Assembly (NCBI GenBank): GCA_030427705.1
Contig: JAUIBR010000002.1
Coordinates: forward strand, 156,631-220,630
DNA from: a bacterium
GTDB lineage: Bacteria > Myxococcota_A > Bradymonadia > Bradymonadales > Bradymonadaceae
DNA: 64,000 nucleotides
Reading direction: 5' to 3'
Shown here: positions 1-9,832 of the stretch, piece by piece
Numbering within the stretch: position 1 is the first letter of the stretch
How the letters are laid out: each line of letters opens with the position of its first letter
The notes under the pieces: generated by a model
Told to the model about the DNA's origin: nothing
The model's input: the letters and a program-made list of their open reading frames with translations, nothing else
Databases searched by the model: none
Made by a program: the position numbers and the translations under genes

Positions 1-871
1 GCAGCAGCGCCACGCCTATCACTGCGATGAACGCGCCGCCGATGGCTCGTGCGCTGATCTTCTCTTTCAAGAAAATTCGGGACAACGGGAGAATCCAGAT
101 TGGGCTCGTGGAGCTTAGCGTCGCGGCAACGCCTGCGTACGTGTATTTGAGGCCGGCGTTGAGCAACCAGATGCCCAGGTACGTGCCTAGGAACGTCGCC
201 ACGAAGAGCAACATCCCATCTTTGCGGTTCTCGAACGCGCCCTTCAACTTCGGAAGCTGACCGATCGCGCCAATCAAAATTCCGAGGGTCAGCGTCCCAA
301 ATGCAAGCCGCACCACGCTGATGCTAAGCGCACTAATGGTCTCGCCGCCCAACTTCGTAAGGATGTTCCCGCCGCTCTGGCAAAGTACGCCCAAGAGCGC
401 AAGACCGACCCCGAATAGGTCCAGAGACTTAGCGCCCGATGACTCCGCCGAGCGCTCCATGATGACCCAGGTCACCCCGATCACGGTCACCAGAATCGCT
501 CCACCCATGGCCAGCGTCAGGGGCTCGTCCAAGAATGGAACTGCAAGCAGCGCGGTCGTCGGAGGGGTAAGGGAAGTAAAGAGTAATGCACGGCGAGGTC
601 CGAGACGAATCAACGCACCAAAATACGCGCTGTCACCAATCGTAAGTCCAATGATGCCTGAAGCGGCGAGGAATCCCAGCTGCGTCATTGTCAAGCTGGC
701 CGGCCAGATCATGCCCTCCAGAATGATGAGCGAACCCGTCATCAAAACCAGCGCGATCGAGCACTTGAGGGCGTTGAGCGCGATGGGCGGGGTCTTCTGG
801 CCAAGCTGTGAAAACACCAGACTGGCGAATGCCCAAAATACGGAGGCCCCTACTGCTGCCAATTCACCCAT
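1..871 (-). CDS. EamA/DMT-family permease (drug/metabolite transporter), 3' end cut by window edge
   Basis: The track lists no ORF here. I translated the reverse complement of 1..871 myself, giving MGELAAVGASVFWAFASLVFSQLG...LTPPTTALLAVPFLDEPLT...LNAGLKYTYAGVAATLSSTSPIWILPLSRIFLKEKIS. It is a polytopic membrane protein with the duplicated EamA-type pattern. ATG is at 871 (cat at 869-871 on the + strand). The + strand ORFs 27..260 and 321..968 are shadow frames. Confidence 0.65.
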   Translation of the reverse strand, partial: MGELAAVGASVFWAFASLVFSQLGQKTPPIALNALKCSIALVLMTGSLIILEGMIWPASLTMTQLGFLAASGIIGLTIGDSAYFGALIRLGPRRALLFTSLTPPTTALLAVPFLDEPLTLAMGGAILVTVIGVTWVIMERSAESSGAKSLDLFGVGLALLGVLCQSGGNILTKLGGETISALSISVVRLAFGTLTLGILIGAIGQLPKLKGAFENRKDGMLLFVATFLGTYLGIWLLNAGLKYTYAGVAATLSSTSPIWILPLSRIFLKEKISARAIGGAFIAVIGVALL

Positions 872-1102
872 GAGTCCACCAAACTTCTGGACCTGGTTCT
901 CGTACCACGAACCGCGCACCTTCAACGATGCACAAAACAGCCTCAAAAATCTGAGCCACGTCCTGTGAAAGCCTCAGAAGTCCGAGACAAGACACCCACC
1001 GCCCGTCGTCAAAAATTAGTGAATTCAGACACTTACAGATAAATGGAATTCTTGGTTCAAAACATGCACGATGTCTGTGGGAACACTGAAAGGAGCCCCA
1101 AA

Positions 1103-2170
1103 ATGCGAATTAAACAGCTACTGACAATTGCCGCTCTCACTTGTTTGTCCGCGACCGCGTTCGCACAAAACACCTCGACACCTGACAGCGATGGTGACTG
1201 TGTTGCCGATGCGGATTGTCCTGCAGGATTCACCTGCGAGATTTACGAAACAGCGATCGATTGCGCACCGTGCCCAAACGACGGAACGGAGTGCCCTCCA
1301 TGCCCAAGTGGCGGCACCTACGGATATTGCTCGCCGCCTCCTCCGGAGCAGTGCAATAGCGACGCTGACTGCGCGACCGACGAAGTCTGCGTCACGTATC
1401 AGTACGAACAATGCAGTGGTTCGTCCGGCTCTGGCTCGACCGGAAACGGTTCGACAGACCCTGTCGCACCCTGCGAAGAAGGCGAAGACTGCGGTGACCG
1501 TCTGCCACCTGAGGTCGATCCGGAACCGGTGACCTGCACGAGCGGCAGCGAAAGCTACTGCGTGCCCCAATACATCGCGCCTTGCCAGCAAGACTCGGAT
1601 TGTGGCGAGGGCTTCTCGTGTAACGATATCGAGATCTGCAGCTGCACCGTCTCGGGCGGGCAACCTGTCGACAGTGATGGGTCCACAAGCACCGATGACA
1701 CACCTTCTGTCGACCCTGATGAAGACTGCTCGTGCGAGCCTAGCGGTGACAAATACTGTGAGTTGAACGAGGTCGCATGCGACACGGATGCAGACTGCTC
1801 CGGTTCGTTGGTGTGCGAAGACTTCGGTGGCGGCGACATTGCTGTCGACATCGCATGTGATTCTGACGGAGTTTGCGACGAACCACTCCCACCAGAGCCG
1901 GTCACCAACCCATCATTCTGCGCGCCTGAAGGCTACGGAGGTTGGGCCGACGCTGGTGTCGCAGGCACGGACCGTCTGGAAGCCGCGACTGGCCAGAACC
2001 TCTCGAACGAGTCCGACTCGATTCAGTGGGGCGACGACGGACGCGCTGGCGGAAGCAAAGCCACCGATGATGGCTGCTCTTCGACAAACGCGACGCCAAA
2101 CTGGCTGACGCCAGCTCTCTTGCTGGTTGGTTTGTTCAGCCTTCGTCGGCGACGAGAAACGGAAGAATAG
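1103..2170 (+). CDS. Secreted Cys/Asp-rich repeat protein with MYXO-CTERM-like C-terminal sorting tail
   Basis: ATG at 1103 is preceded by AAAGGAG. Signal peptide is MRIKQLLTIAALTCLSATAFAQ. There are many CxxC/DCxxD motifs. C-terminus is GCSSTNATPNWLTPALLLVGLFSLRRRRE (Gly-Cys, hydrophobic helix, Arg cluster). Confidence 0.7.
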   Translation: MRIKQLLTIAALTCLSATAFAQNTSTPDSDGDCVADADCPAGFTCEIYETAIDCAPCPNDGTECPPCPSGGTYGYCSPPPPEQCNSDADCATDEVCVTYQYEQCSGSSGSGSTGNGSTDPVAPCEEGEDCGDRLPPEVDPEPVTCTSGSESYCVPQYIAPCQQDSDCGEGFSCNDIEICSCTVSGGQPVDSDGSTSTDDTPSVDPDEDCSCEPSGDKYCELNEVACDTDADCSGSLVCEDFGGGDIAVDIACDSDGVCDEPLPPEPVTNPSFCAPEGYGGWADAGVAGTDRLEAATGQNLSNESDSIQWGDDGRAGGSKATDDGCSSTNATPNWLTPALLLVGLFSLRRRRETEE

Positions 2171-2903
2171 TCTCCGCTTTTCCCACCAATCGTATATCAG
2201 CGAGCTCACTGAGCGCGGTTTCTGCCGGATTGACTTCAATCACGGTGGCACCGCGCTCTTTTGCTGATTCCGGGATCTGCGCCGCTGGATAGACCAATCC
2301 CGATGTGCCCACCAAAAGGCATACGTCACAGTGGACTGCGGCAATCATTGCGTCCTCCCAAGCATGATGTGGGAGTTCCTCGCCAAACCAGACCACATTG
2401 GGCCGCAAGGGACCGTCGCACATTCGGCATTTTGGCGAGTCATTATAGTCCACACGAGACGCCGGGTAGACGGCTCGGCAGTTGTGACACCGCGCTTCAC
2501 TTAGGGTGCCGTGGAGGTGGAGGACTTCGACCATCGCGCCCTCTTCCAACGCGGCCTGCTCGACGAGGCCATCCACATTTTGCGTGGCCACCGACATGCT
2601 GTTCTGGATGCCCAGCCTGGCGAGCGCATAGTGACCGGGATTCGGCCAGACCTTCTTCAGATCGTCCTTTCGTTCTTCATACCAACGCAGCATGCCAGCC
2701 CGATCGCCAGTTTCGAACGTCTCCACATGAACCCAATCGACGATCGCAGGGTCACTGTAAGCTCCTTTGGGTCCCCGAAACGTTGGGATGCCGCTGGCAG
2801 CGCTCAGTCCCGCGCCGATAAACGCGAAGGGGCGCCGTGCATTGGCAAGAACCTCACGGGCTCTCTGCACTTCCGGATCTGAAATGACATTCGTGTCTGA
2901 CAT
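2136..2903 (-). CDS. cobB: NAD-dependent protein deacylase, Sir2/CobB family
   Basis: Has the GAGLSAASGIPTFRG Rossmann motif and a Zn ribbon CHNC...CRMC; 255 aa is the typical sirtuin size. Confidence 0.85.
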   Translation of the reverse strand: MSDTNVISDPEVQRAREVLANARRPFAFIGAGLSAASGIPTFRGPKGAYSDPAIVDWVHVETFETGDRAGMLRWYEERKDDLKKVWPNPGHYALARLGIQNSMSVATQNVDGLVEQAALEEGAMVEVLHLHGTLSEARCHNCRAVYPASRVDYNDSPKCRMCDGPLRPNVVWFGEELPHHAWEDAMIAAVHCDVCLLVGTSGLVYPAAQIPESAKERGATVIEVNPAETALSELADIRLVGKAETILPFLVADEG

Positions 2904-3026
2904 GTGGAGTCAATTTACTCCATAATAGGCGCAGATACCTTCGCAAGACCTATGAATTCAGTCAAAACCAGTTGGCACTCTATTTGCGTAGTACCGGCCC
3001 GAACTTGATTGAATAGAGGTGAACTA

Positions 3027-4037
3027 ATGAGATTTTTTAATGCTCGCATGCTTTTGGCTGCGCTCATTCTGGTCACGACTTCCCTGGTCGCATCCAACGC
3101 AGCTGCCGAGAACTGGGTGCTTTTCCAGATCGAGAATCGGCAGTTTTCCGAGGGAGACGCCGCGACCTTTCGTGATCTGCTCCAGTCTGAGTTGACGAAA
3201 CGAAACGGTGTGACCGTCTCTCGGGTCGACATGATCTGCGGCGACGTAAAATGCGTGACCCAAAACAGCCCGCAGGGCGCCGATGTTGGGGTCACGGGAA
3301 CGTTGTCCGCGCTGGGCTCCGCCGTTTTTGTGACCGTGACGGCCTATGACCTGAGCACGCAAACGACCAAAAGTTCTCAACAAATGAAGGTCGACCGCGT
3401 TGAGGAATTGGACAAGGTCGCGGCCCGCGTCGCCGAAGCGTTCGCTTCGTATGAAAACACCGATGACACAGCCCAGCTTGGCACGGTCACTACCGAAGAA
3501 GCGAAACCCGATACCCGTCGCGATGCCGACGGCGGCTTCATCTTGGGCATGGGTGCACTCATTCCAATCGATGGCTATACGGGTGATTCCGAGAACGTCG
3601 GAATCGGGATTGACCTCGGCTATTGGTACGAGAGCCGTAAGTTCGCAATCCACCCACGGGTGGGCTTTCGATTCAATGCGGACACGGACGAGGAGTTCCA
3701 GAATTCCTACTTCGAAGTCCCGATCGATGTCGGCGTGTTTTGGATTCCAGGGCTAGGCGACTTCTCCCCGTTGCTCGGCGGTGGTGCTGGCGTGCGCTAC
3801 ATCAATGAAGATCGTGAGGTGATTCGTCAGGTCGGTACCGTCATTCAAACGAGCAACCAAACGGTGCTCGAGGACGATGGCTGGGGCTTCTCAATGTACG
3901 GACGCGCTGGTGTGTTGATGCTTCGAACCTATTCGATGCGCATCTCGATCACCGGTGAATACAGCATCACGTTTTTGAAACTCAACGACGACGGCTTCCA
4001 ACAAGCTGTCCTCGCTGGCGTGAACGTCGTCTTTTAG
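3027..4037 (+). CDS. Putative outer-membrane beta-barrel protein
   Basis: ATG at 3027 follows AGGTGA. Signal peptide is MRFFNARMLLAALILVTTSLVASNAAA. Alternating amphipathic strands, C-terminal ...LAGVNVVF (terminal Phe). Confidence 0.45.
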   Translation: MRFFNARMLLAALILVTTSLVASNAAAENWVLFQIENRQFSEGDAATFRDLLQSELTKRNGVTVSRVDMICGDVKCVTQNSPQGADVGVTGTLSALGSAVFVTVTAYDLSTQTTKSSQQMKVDRVEELDKVAARVAEAFASYENTDDTAQLGTVTTEEAKPDTRRDADGGFILGMGALIPIDGYTGDSENVGIGIDLGYWYESRKFAIHPRVGFRFNADTDEEFQNSYFEVPIDVGVFWIPGLGDFSPLLGGGAGVRYINEDREVIRQVGTVIQTSNQTVLEDDGWGFSMYGRAGVLMLRTYSMRISITGEYSITFLKLNDDGFQQAVLAGVNVVF

Positions 4038-4046
4038 GAGCAGGCA

Positions 4047-4538
4047 ATGAAGAAGAACAACTACACACCATTCTACGTCGCCGGCGCCTTCGTTCTCTGG
4101 GCAATCCTTGGATGTGGCGGAATCTCGCCTGACGACTTCGATTTCGACTATACACCAAGCAACACCTGCGGAGGTGATGCCCCGGACGTAACCGGCGTTT
4201 GGGTCATCGAAGGAAGCGGCAAGCGCACGGACTGCTCACGCGAGTCGTTTGACTCCGATGACCTTCGTGTTTCGTCGTTGAGTATTCCCATCTCGTACGA
4301 CGCAGACACCGAGACGTTCGAGGTTGGCGACGGTCTGCCTGCTGGATTTGAGCTCACCAACGGTAGCGTCAATGGCAGCTGCATTTCGTTCAATACGGAA
4401 GAAACCGCCGGAGACAGCGATCAAAGCATGCTGTGGGAGGGCAAGTTCTCGAACGACAACACGATTGAGGGCGAGTTCACTGGGAACGGTCCATTTCGCT
4501 GCCAAACCTCCGGCGAGTTCCGGATGACTCGTCAGTAG
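4047..4538 (+). CDS. Lipoprotein, function unknown
   Basis: AGGAG lies 6 nt upstream. Lipobox is LWAILGC-GG. Confidence 0.55.
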   Translation: MKKNNYTPFYVAGAFVLWAILGCGGISPDDFDFDYTPSNTCGGDAPDVTGVWVIEGSGKRTDCSRESFDSDDLRVSSLSIPISYDADTETFEVGDGLPAGFELTNGSVNGSCISFNTEETAGDSDQSMLWEGKFSNDNTIEGEFTGNGPFRCQTSGEFRMTRQ

Positions 4539-4599
4539 GCCTAGCCTGATCCCCTGATTTCATGCATATTGGCGGCGTTATCGAATTCGGAGAACGCTG

Positions 4600-6270
4600 A
4601 TGTCTGATTACGACGACATCCGATACGTCGGCCCCCCCACCATGACGAACTCAGGACGTGAAGTCCTTGAGTTTCATTTTCACCGCTTTCTGGCGCCCTG
4701 GCTGCAGGTCAATGACGCTGACGAACTAAGCGTCGCTGTCGGCTTTGAGGCTTCAAATGCTCCGTCACAGACCTTTGAGGTAAATGCATCCGGCACAAAA
4801 GCTGTCGAGACGGCCTGGACCTTCGAAGACGCGCTCCAGACATGGCGACATGGTGATGGGTTGCTGCGGCTGAGCGGCGACAACGACGAGGGGCCGCTGC
4901 TCCGTGTAGTTCCACTCCTCGACCACGAATTCGGAAACCGTGAGCACGCCGTCGTCATCGGCTTCGCCCTATTGGAAGACGATGTTGCATCCCACGTCGA
5001 CCTCGATGAGCTCCAAGCGCACGCGGCCGAAGCCATCCGGGCAGCTAGACGCAACGCCGTCCGCCTCTACTTCGACGAGGGCACCCACAACGAGATCAAG
5101 GGCGTGTTGTATGGCATGCTGGAACACATGCCGGAGTGGACCGCATGTGACGGCTCGGCTTCGATTATTCTATCCAACTCTTTGGATGCCCTGACCTTGG
5201 ACGCCAGCGGGTCTGCCGACTTCCACGTGATGGCCGAGCGGCTGTTCCATGGTGGCGAAGACGTGGACCGATTGGTCGGCATGTGGCTTTCTGCGGATGA
5301 GTCATCCTTTTTGGGTGCCGCCGTCCGCTCGCAGAAGCGCTCCGGCAATCGGGCAGTGCACAAATTCAGCCGAAACGAAGACGACGATACTTGGACGCAT
5401 CTCGATGCTAGCTACGGTGCGTTCCACATCGCCGAACGCGATGAGCATGTTGTCATCTTGGTGCCGTTGCTCTTGGAGGACGAAGTCGACTCGGAGTTGA
5501 TTGGCTTCCTCTCACTCGCATATCGCCAGAACCGCACGATTTCTGCGGCTACCGTGAACACTCTCACGGTCCTCAGCGAGCGATTGGCTACGCACTTGAG
5601 GCACTCGGCAATCTACACGCTCAGTGCTCGCAAGATGTGGATGATTGACCAGATCCGAAGTCGATGTGAGCAAGCCATCGCGATGCCGGGGGATAACGCT
5701 GTCAAGCGCTCGGCTTTGCTGCACGAAGTCTGTGAAATTGTGCAAAACTACGCGGACGTCCCAGCGTTCTCGGTCGGGTACATCACGGACACGGACCCGA
5801 AGTTGCTTCGTTATGAGACGTCCTTCGGATGGACGGACTTCGTTGCGATTGACCTCGAGCTCGAACCCCCAAGTAGCCGAGACGACTCCGGCGTTTCTGC
5901 ACTCGCCGCGCGGATCAACAGAACGCTTGTTCTGGCCGGTCGCCAACAAGGCGAAGAAGACACGTTTAAGAACTACCTGTTTGTGAATGAAGAAACCGGC
6001 GACTTGGTCGACGCCAGAACACCAGGCGGTGAACGTGTGCTTGGCAAGGGTGGAACCTGGACCAAACTTGCCGAATACTACAAACCGGCGCGCGACTCCG
6101 CGTATGCCACGCTGGCCGTGCCGATTACGTTCGCAGACGAAGTCTTAGGGATTGTGGCCGTCGAAGTTGACCGAGATACCCATTGGTATTGGTGGACTGG
6201 ATACGGCGGACAGCTGCTCTGGAAGTCGATCTCGCACGACCTAGCGTACGCGCTTCGTTCCCTCAGTTAG
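4600..6270 (+). CDS. Cytoplasmic protein with two GAF-like domains, function unknown
   Basis: 556 aa, no signal peptide. Two segments end in GAF-like motifs (HVVILVPLLLEDEVDSELIGFLSL and ATLAVPITFADEVLGIVAVEVD). Confidence 0.4.
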   Translation: MSDYDDIRYVGPPTMTNSGREVLEFHFHRFLAPWLQVNDADELSVAVGFEASNAPSQTFEVNASGTKAVETAWTFEDALQTWRHGDGLLRLSGDNDEGPLLRVVPLLDHEFGNREHAVVIGFALLEDDVASHVDLDELQAHAAEAIRAARRNAVRLYFDEGTHNEIKGVLYGMLEHMPEWTACDGSASIILSNSLDALTLDASGSADFHVMAERLFHGGEDVDRLVGMWLSADESSFLGAAVRSQKRSGNRAVHKFSRNEDDDTWTHLDASYGAFHIAERDEHVVILVPLLLEDEVDSELIGFLSLAYRQNRTISAATVNTLTVLSERLATHLRHSAIYTLSARKMWMIDQIRSRCEQAIAMPGDNAVKRSALLHEVCEIVQNYADVPAFSVGYITDTDPKLLRYETSFGWTDFVAIDLELEPPSSRDDSGVSALAARINRTLVLAGRQQGEEDTFKNYLFVNEETGDLVDARTPGGERVLGKGGTWTKLAEYYKPARDSAYATLAVPITFADEVLGIVAVEVDRDTHWYWWTGYGGQLLWKSISHDLAYALRSLS

Positions 6271-8182
6271 ATCCCTTCGGCACCAAGTCCAACCCGCCAG
6301 TAAAGGCGTAGGAGACGTAGTCGTCATATGCATAGACGACGATGCCAAATGAGGCGTCTGCCTCTATCCTGTGGACGCCTGAGTCCACCGCTACGTTGAA
6401 CACTTCATAGCTCCGACCATCCAAGGTGACCTCGCGTCGCTCCAAGCGTGCGGACTCATCGAGCGACCGGCCATCCAACGCCACCGCGGCGTCTGTCGGA
6501 ATCGCCAGCGAGACGTACGATCGTTTGAACGTTGGCGGTGAGACGAAGCTGTAATCGCGCCGAAACTGCTCAACCGGCGGAAGGATAAACATCGACGGGT
6601 CACCGGCTTGTGTGCCGTACGCGCGCACGCCGGTGCTCTCGTGTCCCGAGATAATGCCGGCGATGATGAGATCGCCAGTGGACGACACGGTAGTAGGTTG
6701 CCGGGTTCCGAATTCGCAGAACGCCCCGGCCTGAAGCTGTATGGCCCCTCCCGCCAAACGGCTTGCGCAGTCTGCCGTAAACGTATTCGAGGGTGGCAGG
6801 ATGTTGAGCTCTTCCAACGGTGGGTCGAGCGTGATCACGGCGTCTTCGTCCGCGACAATCCGCCAATAGGTCGCTTCCGTGGTCTTGTCGCGAATCTGCT
6901 CCGCGCGCTGCCGCGTCGGCACCAATATGTAGCTTCGCCCCAACGTTTCAGCCGGCAGCAACTGCTCCTCCAAGTGGTCACACGCCCATTGGTCCTGAGG
7001 CACAAATGTACATGGATGGCCGGTGAATGCCGCCACCGGGTTGTCGGCGGTGATCTGGAGTCCTGTCAGGTCCTGCTGTGAGCTATCGGTCGGCGTATTG
7101 AGTTCAATGCTCAGGACGCCACCGGCGGGAATGGTGACTTCGGAGCGGTCGGCGTTGTTCAAGAGGACGGGAACTTGGGACTCCACGGTTACCGTCGTGG
7201 AAACGTTGGCGATGACCCGCACGTAGGGGCGAAATCCCGAGTCTGGCAACGATGGATAGCCGACGACGCGATAGCGTTGGCCCAATGCATAGTCTGGCAA
7301 AAGCAAGCTTGCGTCGTTTGTAGCCGTGAAATTGCAGCAATACGGGCTGTACTGCGAAACGACGGACGGTCGTGTGCTTGTGACTTTGAACGTCTGCGCT
7401 GGCCTATCGAGCAAGAACACTGCCGCAGACATGGCCGGCACCAACGCTGGCTCCCCAGTGCGGATTGCGAACGACGACTCGAAAGGCCGCAGAACCTGCG
7501 AGCGCACTGTGGTCCTTTCGGAGAACGCGTAGAACGGGCCAGGGGTAAGCGTAACCGACGATATGACTTTCGCAGGCTGGTCCCCCACCTTCACCTCGGC
7601 CTCCAGGGGCAAGAGTGGGTCTGGGTTGGCCACAACCACTGCAAACGGCGCGTTGTCCGTATCATTTCCCTGCGGGAAAAGATCGTAATAATTGGGATTG
7701 CGGTGGGCTGTGTATTCGCACCCAATATAGCTATCTGAGGCTTCGGCCGCGGCACAGAGGTCAAAACACGTCCCTGCCCTGCAGACGGTGTTTGATGGGC
7801 AGGTCTCAAGATTCGTCACGCCGGTTCCAGCAGCATCACAGACTGCCCGGCGCTCGGCCCCGACGCATAGGTCGCGCCCGGGATTGCAGCTAAACGCCAC
7901 ACATCGACCGGATTGGCAGATGTCTCCAGCGTCGCATGTTTTGCGGGCCCAACCTTTGCCATTGTCTCGGCATTCTTCGTAGATTGGGTTGTTTTCCGCG
8001 ACGCAACGACGCGTACCTGGACCGCACAACGACGGGACGGGACGGTCAGTCGCGCCAGCATCCACGAACCCAAGATCGATGGGCGTTCCGGCCGTATCGA
8101 TAACGGTTGCTGGGCCGGAGCCCTCTTCGTCACACGCGGTCAGGGCGAAGATCGCCAAGGCGATTATTGCCTTCTTCGCCAC
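6263..8182 (-). CDS. Large lipoprotein with Cys-rich N-terminal region, function unknown
   Basis: The longest ORF starts at 8251 but overlaps the upstream gene by 88 nt. The in-frame GTG at 8182 gives (M)AKKAIIALAIFALTAC-DEEG, a textbook lipoprotein signal. A Cys-rich module (CGPGTRRC...CQSGRC...) follows. Confidence 0.55.
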   Translation of the reverse strand: MAKKAIIALAIFALTACDEEGSGPATVIDTAGTPIDLGFVDAGATDRPVPSLCGPGTRRCVAENNPIYEECRDNGKGWARKTCDAGDICQSGRCVAFSCNPGRDLCVGAERRAVCDAAGTGVTNLETCPSNTVCRAGTCFDLCAAAEASDSYIGCEYTAHRNPNYYDLFPQGNDTDNAPFAVVVANPDPLLPLEAEVKVGDQPAKVISSVTLTPGPFYAFSERTTVRSQVLRPFESSFAIRTGEPALVPAMSAAVFLLDRPAQTFKVTSTRPSVVSQYSPYCCNFTATNDASLLLPDYALGQRYRVVGYPSLPDSGFRPYVRVIANVSTTVTVESQVPVLLNNADRSEVTIPAGGVLSIELNTPTDSSQQDLTGLQITADNPVAAFTGHPCTFVPQDQWACDHLEEQLLPAETLGRSYILVPTRQRAEQIRDKTTEATYWRIVADEDAVITLDPPLEELNILPPSNTFTADCASRLAGGAIQLQAGAFCEFGTRQPTTVSSTGDLIIAGIISGHESTGVRAYGTQAGDPSMFILPPVEQFRRDYSFVSPPTFKRSYVSLAIPTDAAVALDGRSLDESARLERREVTLDGRSYEVFNVAVDSGVHRIEADASFGIVVYAYDDYVSYAFTGGLDLVPKGSN

Positions 8183-9756
8183 ATCAGCCCCAAGAGTAGA
8201 AGAAACGCAACAGGCCATGGTGGGGAAGTCTGAACGCTGTTGCAGGCACAACCTTCGTCCTCCGGCGGTGCCTCCTGCCCCATATCAGGTATTCCCATGT
8301 CGAGGTCGGTGTCTGACAGGTCCTCGAACCTCAAATCTTCGATCACAACATTCGAGCTGGAGCCCTCGCCAGACTTGATGATGGAGAACTCCAGCGGTTC
8401 TGCCATTTCGTGTTGCACACCCAGGACATCAGTCACCAATAGCCGAGCGCACCACGGGCCGAGTTCAAAGGCCTGCGCGATGGCTATCTCGCCTGTCAGT
8501 CGGAACGAGGACGAAGGGAAAAGTCCAAAGCCATCAGCTTCTTCGGCAAACGTCACTGGCTCTCCCGTCGGCTCGGCACACGTGCCCGGCGCCGAAGAAA
8601 CTACTAATGATGCAACTTCGACCGTCATCGTTCCGAGGTTGAAGATGACAGCCTCAGTCGAGACGATACTACCCAGTTCAAACTCACTTCCACCGAGTTG
8701 GAAGCTCGTGACCATGAGATCATCGATACTTCCCGGAAGCTCGTCGAACCCTGCGACGTAACCCAATGTTCCCGTCCCGCCGTGGCCTTCGGCGACCTCA
8801 AGTCCAACTGGGGCACGTAGTAACGGTGCCGTGGAAGCAACGATGGCGTCCTGCACCGGGTCGTACCAGTGGATGCGATGATTTGCGCTGGTTTGGGTCC
8901 ACAGACCGGGCTCAAAAGTTGCGAACGCGACGAGGCCCGAGGGCAAAATCTTTGCGTCCGCGACCTCTCCTCCGATGGATGGCATCGCCGAAACATCGAC
9001 TTCCCAGTTCACCGTTCCATCAAGCGCCATGCTGAACACCGTGTATTGCGTCCCAACGATGAGTTCGTCTCCAGCGGGGCCTGCGAACACTGACCGCAGT
9101 GATGGCGAAAGCGCCTCGACAACTGTCGTCTCGGGCGGCGCCTCGACGTGTTCGAAGTTCGCATATTGTCGCCGGTCCACGATTCCATTTCCGAAGTCGA
9201 ACAGATCCAAGGTTCGAATGCCTACGGGTTCGTAGTTTGCGGCGATTACGATCTGGTTGTTGGGAAGCGCAATGACATCTGGGATTTGCGCAAAGCCGGC
9301 GACCAATGCCATGTTTTGGAACCAGACGACCTGGTCTGTACCGAGATCTCGAACCGTCACCACCGATCCGAACGAGTCCGCGATCGCGATGCGCGCAGGC
9401 TCGCCGCCGGCGAGGTAGGCTGTAACCGCGACGCTGTCGACCTGCCGGTATCGTGCCGCGGGATCGAGGACAAACCGAACGTCGCGTTCAGGCCCGTAGA
9501 TAACGGCCCCTTCGCCAGACGCCTGCCCAACCAAAGCTCCGCCATCAGGAAGCACCCGGACATCGGAAGCGATCGTGAGCTCGTCAGAGAAGACCCGCTC
9601 GCCCTGCAATGTCGACCCGCCCGCTTGGTCTGGCACCCAAATCTGCAGGCTATCGATGCCGCCGTGGAACACGACTTCCACGCCGCTCTGCGCTTCAGCA
9701 TTTGAAGCGATGAGCGCAAAGCAGATTGTTAGAAAGCACCGAAATCGGTTTAGCAT
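8164..9756 (-). CDS. Secreted protein with MYXO-CTERM-like tail, function unknown
   Basis: Signal peptide is MLNRFRCFLTICFALIASNAEAQ. C-terminus is DEGCACNSVQTSPPWPVAFLLLLGLMWRRRQ. The stop TAA is at 8164-8166. Confidence 0.6.
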   Translation of the reverse strand: MLNRFRCFLTICFALIASNAEAQSGVEVVFHGGIDSLQIWVPDQAGGSTLQGERVFSDELTIASDVRVLPDGGALVGQASGEGAVIYGPERDVRFVLDPAARYRQVDSVAVTAYLAGGEPARIAIADSFGSVVTVRDLGTDQVVWFQNMALVAGFAQIPDVIALPNNQIVIAANYEPVGIRTLDLFDFGNGIVDRRQYANFEHVEAPPETTVVEALSPSLRSVFAGPAGDELIVGTQYTVFSMALDGTVNWEVDVSAMPSIGGEVADAKILPSGLVAFATFEPGLWTQTSANHRIHWYDPVQDAIVASTAPLLRAPVGLEVAEGHGGTGTLGYVAGFDELPGSIDDLMVTSFQLGGSEFELGSIVSTEAVIFNLGTMTVEVASLVVSSAPGTCAEPTGEPVTFAEEADGFGLFPSSSFRLTGEIAIAQAFELGPWCARLLVTDVLGVQHEMAEPLEFSIIKSGEGSSSNVVIEDLRFEDLSDTDLDMGIPDMGQEAPPEDEGCACNSVQTSPPWPVAFLLLLGLMWRRRQ

Positions 9757-9832
9757 CGTGTTGCGTCCCTAAAGGCCGAGCGATTCTAACGAAGAGATGG
9801 ATTCCATCAAAACACGTTTCGTTCGACCACGG

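Noticed and set aside
321-968. 215-aa plus-strand ORF (and 27..260) at the window start
   Set aside because: Pro/Arg/Ser-rich, non-protein-like composition. The reverse strand across the same span translates to an uninterrupted EamA/DMT membrane protein, so these are GC-rich shadow frames.
1020-1055. Two GAATTC palindromes 22 nt apart upstream of the Cys-rich gene
   Set aside because: Restriction-site-like hexamers occur by chance, and no extended dyad symmetry is present.
2136-2903. Sir2-domain protein as a possible Thoeris/DSR-type anti-phage effector
   Set aside because: It has the canonical sirtuin Zn ribbon (CxxC...CxxC) and a complete NAD pocket at housekeeping CobB size. It has no partner TIR/ThsA-like gene and its neighbours are unrelated.
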